A stretch of 64,000 nucleotides of DNA from a virus. Its lineage: Duplodnaviria > Caudoviricetes. The notes under the pieces were generated by a model, which ran no database searches, was not told the DNA's origin, and saw nothing but the letters and a program-made list of their open reading frames with translations. The position numbers and the translations under genes were made by a program. Each line of letters starts with the position of its first letter. The first letter of the stretch is position 1. The stretch spans positions 1 through 64,000 of IMG/VR virus record IMGVR_UViG_3300041986_000079. One strand, written 5' to 3'. This document shows, one piece after another, positions 20,401 through 28,407 of the stretch.

Positions 20401-21833
20401 ATGGAGGATATTTAGCAAAAGCTGTTGTTGGTATGGAAAATCCATTTTTTCCAAAGCTTAACCCAGAACAAGAAGCAGTTGATGCTCAGAATCAAATGCC
20501 AGATGATACAAATCCATTTGGTGTATATGATGCAGTATCACATGAAGGTGCAGGTATAGCTGGTCAGATGAAAACTAAGATTGAAAAGCAAGCAGCAGCA
20601 GGTTCTTATAATAATAGTAATCAGAAAAAAGAAAATATACCTAATCCTATGCTTAATCCTTTTATGGCAATTAATACTTTTGCTCAAGGAGTTGGTTTAC
20701 ACAATAAGCAACAACAAGAAGAAGCTAATCGTCAGATGTTACGTTCTCAGAATGCTACATGGAATCAACAATATGATTCAATGATCAATCGTGGTAACTT
20801 CTCTCAAGGACCTAGCTCATACGGTATGTTTAGACCTAATGCTACATTTGCACAGCAAGGAATGGAGGTACCATTATCTATGGATGCAGCTTCTAAGTAT
20901 ACAGTTGATTCAATAGATTCACAGGTTGGAGTTAATACAATCGGAGTAGGTTTACCTGATGTAGAGTTTACACAACCAATAGCACAAGCTGAGGATCCAG
21001 CATTACAAGCTCCAGAACAAGTTACACCAACAAATACAGCTGCGCCTGCATCAGAAGGCGACTTAAAAGAAATCATTGCTCAGAGAGAAAGTGGTGGTAA
21101 CTATAAAGCATTACCTTATACTAAGAAAGGAACACTTGCTAGTTCCGCAGCAGGTAAGTATCAGTTCTTATGGGATACACATGCTGATACTATTCGTACA
21201 GTTACTGGAATAAAGAGTAAGTCGCAGTTTTTAAATAATCCAGATGCTCAAGAAGCATATTTTGATTACTGGGATAAGAATGTACTTACACCTAATGCAC
21301 AAAAGATACAGCAACAGTATAAGCCTAATCTTAATACAAATGAGATTAAGATGCTTATTCACTTCCAAGGCCCTCAAGGTGCAGATAGATATTTTAGAAC
21401 AGGTAAGTATACAACAGATGCGTTTGGTTCAAATCCTATAAACTATCTAGGTAGAAATATAAATACTAAGAAAGGTGTTAACATGGATAACTTACATCCT
21501 AACTTAGCATCTTTTGCTTCTACAATGTCACAATACTTTCCAGGGTTAAAGATATCTTCAGCTAACGATAGTAAGCATATGAAGGGTTCTAAGCACTATG
21601 CAAACAAAGCAATTGATATTGGTGCAAACTCATCAGATCCTGTTGCATATAATAGATTAAAAAACTTCTTAGGTCAGTCTGCATCTGTTAAACGTCAGTA
21701 TGGTATTGAAGATATTATAAACGAAGGAGATCACTTACATGTAGAGTTAATGCAAAAAGGTGGTGAGTATGAACTTACTGCAGATCAAATTATGCAGATC
21801 AAAGCCATGGGTGGTGATGTTGAGTTCATCTAA
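17487..21833 (+). CDS. Modular ejection/cargo protein with CHAP/NlpC-like, DUF3597-like, lysozyme-like and peptidase M15-like domains
   Basis: RESGGNY...SSAAGKYQF (lysozyme fold, Glu at 21087); SKHYANKAID...DHLHV (M15 HX6D...HXH); GCAK...GDAW...HIG (CHAP-like, weaker); SIYDYM...SFASRKKL...YTGTADQN (DUF3597-like). Confidence 0.75.
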   Translation: MSFNRSLLSQITKDLNKKPSKPKVPKNQWQHPGEITTISSNNITMDAVSYPVLGVPNFGQPQMMYPDQQYHFPEADNVTEYPMMAKGGYTVTRSHDRKGKTHKVTGPDGTVKYFGDSKLGQHPKDSQRKAAFYARHKKNLDANPYFRAFARATWQTGGESEDPMQYALSRMKMTPSSPTMDQIETVAGFIPGIESAIDLKDMVMGAVTGNYAQMQRGKIGAVAPLSGKALMGSLDIMSPGSSNKINDIVNMSKADQAKLFKKYGYGGYDQWIKAGKPKLEQGGEMIRRADGSYSRRGLWDNIRANKGSGKKPTKEMLDQERKIKSKMQLGGLWDTNRTAWVDSVNNANMDKNFVQRMYNPNAPQMFLPGNKKPSTHFMESGDSRVYPTVVQRPGNKFLEWLNQNNPDGAINYALDSGQYIQFPNDEQAQWYGQNGYKSGTGVVTGKKKKYGGLAQYQKAGQVKVPKGYVNIEQQYGLQEGTKEYYDKALELYGEDPALRFMCKGDGCAKIAVDAANAYTPWYSTNYNRGDAWQIGNKNSVDYQNPTYANLIQAKNNKPLPNPTSYNVAPEFLEAQGSLIGLNRNNNKASIKYAKPEDSRLYEHIGYQIRNGLLLHGTKGNDEHPNYFILDDMTNGVKLNGIGQYEPTEVINRPSIMQRLQNHQKGGSIYDYMTTHGMNGSFASRKKLFNQYFGTGYTGTADQNMQMLQMMQQGKFKAPAQPMMATPYTPQPAFPGATTGLSFLNQTKVPYTKKQPIYKPAQKPSLIEQQVDSSIPDVIRKGLGYIGIPTNVSQLALHKAGMDSRMSNESLSDDEKIILYQTILNAQKRTGNPTKGGTAYIDYGNQGYGSPEDYRRWIVNGDIQVNPETVKNQFTNPGFRMATTVGRGSYQVDPKDPNVIHYTDSYDFVKHDKDELFKTKDKNSYQSFRTGLSEQEDPNAESDPMRQAHFTFNKKDMDALIANKRKAVASMRNGGYLAKAVVGMENPFFPKLNPEQEAVDAQNQMPDDTNPFGVYDAVSHEGAGIAGQMKTKIEKQAAAGSYNNSNQKKENIPNPMLNPFMAINTFAQGVGLHNKQQQEEANRQMLRSQNATWNQQYDSMINRGNFSQGPSSYGMFRPNATFAQQGMEVPLSMDAASKYTVDSIDSQVGVNTIGVGLPDVEFTQPIAQAEDPALQAPEQVTPTNTAAPASEGDLKEIIAQRESGGNYKALPYTKKGTLASSAAGKYQFLWDTHADTIRTVTGIKSKSQFLNNPDAQEAYFDYWDKNVLTPNAQKIQQQYKPNLNTNEIKMLIHFQGPQGADRYFRTGKYTTDAFGSNPINYLGRNINTKKGVNMDNLHPNLASFASTMSQYFPGLKISSANDSKHMKGSKHYANKAIDIGANSSDPVAYNRLKNFLGQSASVKRQYGIEDIINEGDHLHVELMQKGGEYELTADQIMQIKAMGGDVEFI

Positions 21834-21855
21834 ACCCTTGAAGTTTAGCTTGTTA

Positions 21856-21887
21856 AACTAGCAATATTTTAGTAAATTATAGAGTAG
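21856..21887 (+). promoter_or_regulatory. Phage promoter-like motif
   Basis: AAACTAGCAATATTTTAGTAAATTATAGAGTAG, preceded by AAGTTTAG..TTAAAC, which is shared with the copy near 25480. Confidence 0.65.
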
Positions 21888-21900
21888 ATACTATATTATT

Positions 21901-24900
21901 ATGAAGAAGTATAAAGTAAGAGTTACAACCAAACCTAATGGTTATTACCAAACTGGTGGTCAGCAAATGTTCACACAAGAAGGTTTGCAAGCTGAAGCAG
22001 CAGGGATTGGTTCTGCCTATAATAATCCATCAGTGTATGATTATTTAGCTACACATGGGCAAGCTCAGAATGCTGACTATAACTCTCGTAAAGCAATAGC
22101 ACAAAACTTAGGTATTAAAAACTATAAGGGTACAGCAGAGCAGAATTTGCAGATGCTTGAGATGTTAAAAAAGACTCAGGACTTAGCAAGTTTAGCACAA
22201 GCTCCTGAAGGTCCAGTAGTAACTCCTATTCGTAATACTAAATCTACACCAAATACATTACCAAAAGCACAAGCTCCACAAACACCACAAGCGTCTACAT
22301 GGCAACAGTATATACCATTAGGTGTTACTGCTGCTGGTCTTACTGGTGCTGGTATATTTGGGCATTTCTATAATAATGCTAATCAAGATGCAGCTACAAC
22401 TGTAGCAAAGAACGTTAAACAAGCTGGTACAAATGTAAAAGTTGATCCTTTTAAAAGAGCTGAACAGATTGCTGAGAGTATTCGTACTAGAGGTACATAT
22501 ACTGCAGGTGAGATGGCTGAGTTACAGAAACTACATGCTGAAGCAGATCTTGGTAAAATGATCGAGAATGTCAAAGCTGGATTTAAAAGAGTTACTCCAG
22601 TAGCTACTCAAAACAGAATGGCTGCTACTTCTGCATATGAACAAGCATATCAAGAAGCTAAAGGTTTATGGCCTGCTATCAGCGATGCTTATTCAGCAGC
22701 AAAAGCAACTCCATTATTTCAGTTCTTAAGACGTAGACAAGAAGGTGGTCAGAATCAGGACTCTATGTTAGAAGATATAGCAGAAGTATTTGACCCAACA
22801 GGCATTACAGCATGGGATGATGCATATCGTGCATACAATGATTCTAATATGCCAGGATGGGAAAAAGGTTTAGTAATGGCATCTGCATTACCATTAGTAG
22901 GTAAAGTAGGTAAAGGTGCAAAAGCAGCCGTTAACTTAGGCAAGTTTGCAAAAGCTAAAAACATTGTCGGTAAAATCATTACGCCAATAGCACAATCAGA
23001 TAAATACATTAATCCTGCAAGTCAGTTTGTACAACACATGACTGGAGCAGCAATGAGTCATGCTCCTGAGTTTTTACAGAAGTATTTGCCAGGAGTAGCT
23101 AATACTGGTAATCAAGTACGTAGATTTGATACAGCATATGATCTTTTAACAAAGCAGTATGGTGGCGATTATGATCTTGATGCAATGGCTTATGGTGGAC
23201 AATATGGTCATAGTTTAGATCTCGGCTCTCGTGTTATTGATAACGAGATGGGTCAAACAGATCCACATGAAGTAAGAGATACCTTACAAGCTGTACCAAG
23301 AGATATGGCCAACTTAGAAGCTGAAGCAGGAGAAACTGCTTATGGTGATCTAGATGGTGATGGAGAGATGGAACACTCAAAGATTGGTGGTAAGCGTCAC
23401 TCTCAAGGTGGCACACCTCTTAATCTTAAACCAGGTACATTCATATATTCAGATACAAAAAGTATGAAGTTAAAAGGTCAAGCATTAGCTCAGTTTGGTA
23501 AATCTGCGTCAACAAAGAAAGGATATACACCAGCTGAATTAGCTAAACAGTATGAACTTAACAAATATAAAGCTATCTTAGCAGATCCAAATGCAGATCA
23601 ATATCAAAAACGCACTGCTGAGATGATGATGAATAACAACAAGTTTAAACTTGCACAGTTAGCATTAGCACAAGAAGCAAAGAAAGGATTCCCTCAAGGT
23701 ATTCCTCAAGCTGCTATGATGGCATTGCCTCCAGAAATGGCTGAGCAACTACAAGGTATGCAAGAACCGCAAGGTATGGAACAATCACCAGAAGCTATGG
23801 AATACCAAAAGCGTGGCGGTTCAACATTCTCTGGTAACGCATGGTATCAACAAGGTGGTATTCATTTAGATCCTGCAAACAAAGGTACATTTAAAGCTCA
23901 GGCTACTCGTATGGGAATGAGTACACAAGAAGCTGCTGCACATATCTTAGCAAACAAAGATGAGTATTCACCAGAGATGGTTAAGAAAGCTAATTTTGCT
24001 AGAAACTTTGCAAAAGAAGATGGTGGTTTAATAGAGTTCCAGAAACGTGGTGAAGTAAGATATCCTGTATATCCAAAACAAGAGCGTACAATGCTAGGTA
24101 AACTAGATCCTAATCAGTTTGCTATTAGAATACCATCAACTGCTCAATCATTAAACTCTACGCTTCCTTCTATGCAGCCATCTGTTTTAGGAGCACCAGG
24201 TGTTTATGGGGAACAAAACTATTGGGATCCTAATCACCAAGCTGAGTTTGCAAGAAATCAAAGTTGGTATATGGACAATGCACCAGGATGGAATCCATCT
24301 ATTCCAGGTGCTACTATGGCATTCCAAACAGCTTACGATCAAAAACGTGATGAGTTAAATATGCCTTCATATTTTACTGGAGCAATAAAACACCAAGCTA
24401 AAGATGATAAGTTTGGTAAGTATACATATAGTGCTCCTTCTTTGACACCTTACTTAGGAATGCAATCAAAGCAGATTCAACCTTTACCTGTTAACATACC
24501 AGCTCCAACTATTAAGAAAGGGGATGATTATGAATATTGGAGAGATCAATATGAAAAATCTCAAGTAACTCCTGAAGAAAAAGCTCCTAATGCCCCAACA
24601 CCAGGTACTCCAAATAAAGAATACAGACCAGATAGAACTCGTATGATGCTTCCAGATAAAGCTGCTATGTTGCAATCTTTATTTACAAGAGCTGGTATTC
24701 CTACATTATCTCCATTTGTTCAAGCACCAGATTACGTTTTACCAGAAACAGTATTTGCTGATCCTACAAGACAATACGCTGCGGTTGCTGAACAAGCAAA
24801 CATGCAGAACCAAGGATTACGTTCTTTTGGTAGACCTCAGTCTTATCTAGCTGGTTCAAGTCAAGTAGCTGGTAAACAGTTAGAAGCTATTGCTAATATC

Positions 24901-25467
24901 GATGCTGCAACAAATGCACAAAATGTTGGTATTGCAAATCAAGCTAATGCTGTTAATGCGGCAACTATTAATCAGAACTTAGTACAACGTGCACAAGCTG
25001 CTAATCAATTAGCTGAGATGAGTAATAAGTACAACTTAGAAAACTTCTCAATGAAAGATGCTGCAGATAAACAAACATTAGCTGCATATCAAAATGCGTT
25101 TGCAAATAGATCAAGATTAGATGCAATAAATAAAACAGATCCATATTTTACTATAGATCCTAATACAGGAATGGCTGTACAAAAGCAAGGTTCTGTCGAT
25201 CTAACAAGTAATAAAGGTACTGATGCAACTGCGGATCCATTTAAGCAATACATGTCTTTAAAACAACAAGCATTAGCTGCTGGTATGACAGAAGATGAAG
25301 CAAAGGATTACATTAAGCAAATGATGGGTACTGGTAATAAAACAACTACTTCTTATAATCAAGCAGGTACACAAACTAAAGCATCAAAAGTACAAAGTAA
25401 TATGTTAGCAGCTTTAGCATCGTTATACGGTGGAGCAGGAGCATATCCTTTCTCACAACAGGACTAA
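21901..25467 (+). CDS. Ejection/cargo protein (crAss-type) with a DUF3597-like module
   Basis: LEAEAGE...GKRHSQGGTP crAss-type cargo motif; IHLDPANKGTF...KKANFARNF module; Q/A/N-rich C-terminus; repeated xxGG motifs. Confidence 0.65.
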   Translation: MKKYKVRVTTKPNGYYQTGGQQMFTQEGLQAEAAGIGSAYNNPSVYDYLATHGQAQNADYNSRKAIAQNLGIKNYKGTAEQNLQMLEMLKKTQDLASLAQAPEGPVVTPIRNTKSTPNTLPKAQAPQTPQASTWQQYIPLGVTAAGLTGAGIFGHFYNNANQDAATTVAKNVKQAGTNVKVDPFKRAEQIAESIRTRGTYTAGEMAELQKLHAEADLGKMIENVKAGFKRVTPVATQNRMAATSAYEQAYQEAKGLWPAISDAYSAAKATPLFQFLRRRQEGGQNQDSMLEDIAEVFDPTGITAWDDAYRAYNDSNMPGWEKGLVMASALPLVGKVGKGAKAAVNLGKFAKAKNIVGKIITPIAQSDKYINPASQFVQHMTGAAMSHAPEFLQKYLPGVANTGNQVRRFDTAYDLLTKQYGGDYDLDAMAYGGQYGHSLDLGSRVIDNEMGQTDPHEVRDTLQAVPRDMANLEAEAGETAYGDLDGDGEMEHSKIGGKRHSQGGTPLNLKPGTFIYSDTKSMKLKGQALAQFGKSASTKKGYTPAELAKQYELNKYKAILADPNADQYQKRTAEMMMNNNKFKLAQLALAQEAKKGFPQGIPQAAMMALPPEMAEQLQGMQEPQGMEQSPEAMEYQKRGGSTFSGNAWYQQGGIHLDPANKGTFKAQATRMGMSTQEAAAHILANKDEYSPEMVKKANFARNFAKEDGGLIEFQKRGEVRYPVYPKQERTMLGKLDPNQFAIRIPSTAQSLNSTLPSMQPSVLGAPGVYGEQNYWDPNHQAEFARNQSWYMDNAPGWNPSIPGATMAFQTAYDQKRDELNMPSYFTGAIKHQAKDDKFGKYTYSAPSLTPYLGMQSKQIQPLPVNIPAPTIKKGDDYEYWRDQYEKSQVTPEEKAPNAPTPGTPNKEYRPDRTRMMLPDKAAMLQSLFTRAGIPTLSPFVQAPDYVLPETVFADPTRQYAAVAEQANMQNQGLRSFGRPQSYLAGSSQVAGKQLEAIANIDAATNAQNVGIANQANAVNAATINQNLVQRAQAANQLAEMSNKYNLENFSMKDAADKQTLAAYQNAFANRSRLDAINKTDPYFTIDPNTGMAVQKQGSVDLTSNKGTDATADPFKQYMSLKQQALAAGMTEDEAKDYIKQMMGTGNKTTTSYNQAGTQTKASKVQSNMLAALASLYGGAGAYPFSQQD

Positions 25468-25494
25468 ATAAACTATAAAAGTTTAGTTTTAAAC

Positions 25495-25524
25495 CTGACA
25501 TATTTTTCGTATATTATTATTGTA
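25495..25524 (+). promoter_or_regulatory. Phage promoter-like motif
   Basis: CTGACATATTTTTCGTATATTATTATTGTA, 2 nt before the ATG at 25527. Confidence 0.6.
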
Positions 25525-25526
25525 TT

Positions 25527-28376
25527 ATGGCATCAATAACACCATATTCTTCAGGAAACAATGCAATAGCGGCACTACCGTTATATACTCCTGATTTTTC
25601 TACAATGGCAGCGGAGCTTCAGAAAAGAAGTTCTTTGTTTGAACAAGGATTAGGTCAAATCCGTAGCTCCTACAATAATATCTTGTCAGCACCTTTATTA
25701 GCTAAAGGTAATGCAGAAGTGCGTGATGAGTATCTTAAACAAGCACAAACTAAGTTAAAAGATATATCATCATACGACTTTTCACAACAGCAAAACGTTC
25801 AGTCAGCACAACAAATCTTTTCTCCTTTTTGGCAAGATCAAGACTTACTACAAGATTATAGTAAGAGCAGTCAAATCATGTCTAATCAAAAGAAAGCAAA
25901 CATGCTTGCTGAATCAACTGATCCTAAGCTTCGTGAACAGTTTTGGCAAAAAGGTTTAGATTATGTTAATATTTCTGCTATGGATATGCAGAATGCACAG
26001 CGTGGTGACGGTTCTATTGGTCAAGTAAGAGTTAATAAGTATGTTCCATACTTTGATGCAATGAAAGAGTTAGATGAACGTGCAAAAAACTCAGGATTTA
26101 AGATTGAAACAGAAGAAGCTGATCCAACAGGAAGATATAAAATCAAAACGGTTAACGGTGATAAGTCTATTCCTTTGCATAGAGAATGGGTAGCACGTCA
26201 GTTAGAGTCAATGCCACAAGCTCAAGAAATGTTTAGAGTTGAAGGAGCTGTTGAGTATCGTAATAGATTAAATCAAAAGCTTTCTCAAGGATACGATCTT
26301 GCAACAGCAAAGGCAGAAACAGCAGCATCATTTATTGATGGCGAGTACAAAGCTAATCTATCACGTCAAGAAGAGATAGATGCTAGAGTAAAAGAATTAA
26401 AAGGTGAGCTTGACGCAAAGAAAGCAGCATATGAATCTAATCCATCAGCAGTAACTCCTGCAGATTTGAAGGATATGAAACAAAAAGCTGATGAGTATCA
26501 AGGATTAACTAAATCATTATCTGCATACACAAAACGTGTTCAAGAGTTAGGTGATAAAAACTCAAAAGCTTATACTGATATGTATTCTCATATTAGTACT
26601 GGTGGTGAAGGATTCTTTTCTGAGTCAGCAAAGAGTAACTTTATTAATAACTTTGCTCGAGCTAAAGCAGCGGGCATTCAAACATCTTATGATGTTGAGC
26701 CAATATATAAGATGACTTATGAGTTAGAGAAAGAACGTATCAAACTACAAGGTGATCTACAAAAGATTCAGTTAAAAGAAGGTCTTGATGGAAGTGGTGG
26801 TTCTGGATCTAAAAGCGGATCATCTTCTTCTAGTGAGGACGCTTCTCCAAGTGATATTAATACACCAATGCCTGTTGGTCTTAACATAAAAGGCAATGAC
26901 AACACTCAGGCATATGCTCGATTACAAGAAGTTAAGTTAAATAAGCTTAACAAAATGGTTGATGTATCATCAAGTATTATAACTACAGCAAGTGCTTATG
27001 ATACTAATCCAAATGCGGTTAAGCCTACAGCTAATTATATCAATGCTCTTAACTCGGTATTAAAAACAGGTAGTATTGTAAAAGGGGATGAGTATGTACA
27101 AGAACATAAGCGTTTGCAAGATGCTGGTATCATACCAAAGAATATTGCATATGGTCAATCTCCTTCTTTAGTAGCTGGTGCTTTATATAAACGTGCTGAA
27201 ACTTTCTTATTAGAAAAAGCAAAAGTAGGATCTCTGTCTGTTAATGATTTTAGTAAGATCATTAATCATCATCTTGCTGCATCTGATTATCAAAAGATTA
27301 ATGAGATAGAGAAAGATGTTGCATCTAACATTCTTAAAGATCCATCATTCGGTGGTGACTTTGTTAAAGATGGTAGATTATTATCTAAAGCACAGTATTT
27401 AAAGAGTAAGTTTGGTTATTCAGATCCAGATAAGTTTGCTGCAGAGTATACAAAAAATACAACTTATATTTATTCTGGTCCAAATAGTTCACGTGCTGAT
27501 GCATATGCTATTGCAAAAGATCGTATGGCAAAAGCCGGTAAAGAATATGATGAGTTTCAAACAAAAGTAAACTCACGCATGGGTACATACATGCAGCGTT
27601 ATCTTAATGATGAAGGAGCTTTTATTGGTCCTATGCTTATGTATAGAACAGACCGTGCTAAAGAACGTGACGTTGCTCAAGAGATTGCTTTGCAAACTAT
27701 GACTGATGACAATCTTCGTGAGACAAACTTTTTACCAGCAAACGTTCAAGAACTTGTATCAAAAGGTGCTGATGCTGATAAGCTTAAAGAGATCTTACAA
27801 GTTACGAAAAACGCTACTATTGAAGGCGTGATTAATGGTGTTGGTTTAACAAAGATTGGAACAAGCGGTAAACCAGCAGTTAAGATTATGTATGATAGAG
27901 CAGAGCTAGTTAAACTACTTGGTGGAGAAAAAGCTGCTGCTGAATATAAAGATACTCTTAATGCTATGAATGATGGTGTTGAAGTAACTGTTAAACCAGG
28001 GTCCGTAGCTAACTTTAATACTGAGTGGCAATCTTCTGGTATAGATCTTATTAGTTTAGATAAATATGGTCAGATAAAATCACCAGATATATTAAAACAA
28101 CTTGGATTCCAGTGGAACATTACTAAAGATACTGCAGGTAATCAGATGTTAGCTTCTATTTCTTATGAGCAAGTATCACAAGATGGTAAACGTACAATGA
28201 AACACGATCAGTTTTCTTTACCTATGGGTACTAGTATGGAACGTGTATCAAGTAAATTAAACCAAACTGCACTTAGCTTATATACTGCAAAACAAAATAA
28301 TTTAGCTAAATTAGGACTTGGTTCTCCAAACGCGTCTTGGGAAGAGATTGCAAAGCTGAACGGCATTAACTATTAA
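25527..28376 (+). CDS. Alpha-helical ejection/cargo protein
   Basis: 949 aa; YTPDF...LQKRSSLFEQGLGQI N-terminus, coiled coils and a G/S linker; lies immediately before the virion RNAP as in crAss-like phages. Confidence 0.6.
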   Translation: MASITPYSSGNNAIAALPLYTPDFSTMAAELQKRSSLFEQGLGQIRSSYNNILSAPLLAKGNAEVRDEYLKQAQTKLKDISSYDFSQQQNVQSAQQIFSPFWQDQDLLQDYSKSSQIMSNQKKANMLAESTDPKLREQFWQKGLDYVNISAMDMQNAQRGDGSIGQVRVNKYVPYFDAMKELDERAKNSGFKIETEEADPTGRYKIKTVNGDKSIPLHREWVARQLESMPQAQEMFRVEGAVEYRNRLNQKLSQGYDLATAKAETAASFIDGEYKANLSRQEEIDARVKELKGELDAKKAAYESNPSAVTPADLKDMKQKADEYQGLTKSLSAYTKRVQELGDKNSKAYTDMYSHISTGGEGFFSESAKSNFINNFARAKAAGIQTSYDVEPIYKMTYELEKERIKLQGDLQKIQLKEGLDGSGGSGSKSGSSSSSEDASPSDINTPMPVGLNIKGNDNTQAYARLQEVKLNKLNKMVDVSSSIITTASAYDTNPNAVKPTANYINALNSVLKTGSIVKGDEYVQEHKRLQDAGIIPKNIAYGQSPSLVAGALYKRAETFLLEKAKVGSLSVNDFSKIINHHLAASDYQKINEIEKDVASNILKDPSFGGDFVKDGRLLSKAQYLKSKFGYSDPDKFAAEYTKNTTYIYSGPNSSRADAYAIAKDRMAKAGKEYDEFQTKVNSRMGTYMQRYLNDEGAFIGPMLMYRTDRAKERDVAQEIALQTMTDDNLRETNFLPANVQELVSKGADADKLKEILQVTKNATIEGVINGVGLTKIGTSGKPAVKIMYDRAELVKLLGGEKAAAEYKDTLNAMNDGVEVTVKPGSVANFNTEWQSSGIDLISLDKYGQIKSPDILKQLGFQWNITKDTAGNQMLASISYEQVSQDGKRTMKHDQFSLPMGTSMERVSSKLNQTALSLYTAKQNNLAKLGLGSPNASWEEIAKLNGINY

Positions 28377-28407
28377 CAGTTTTTTTAACTAAGTAACACC
28401 TCTTATA

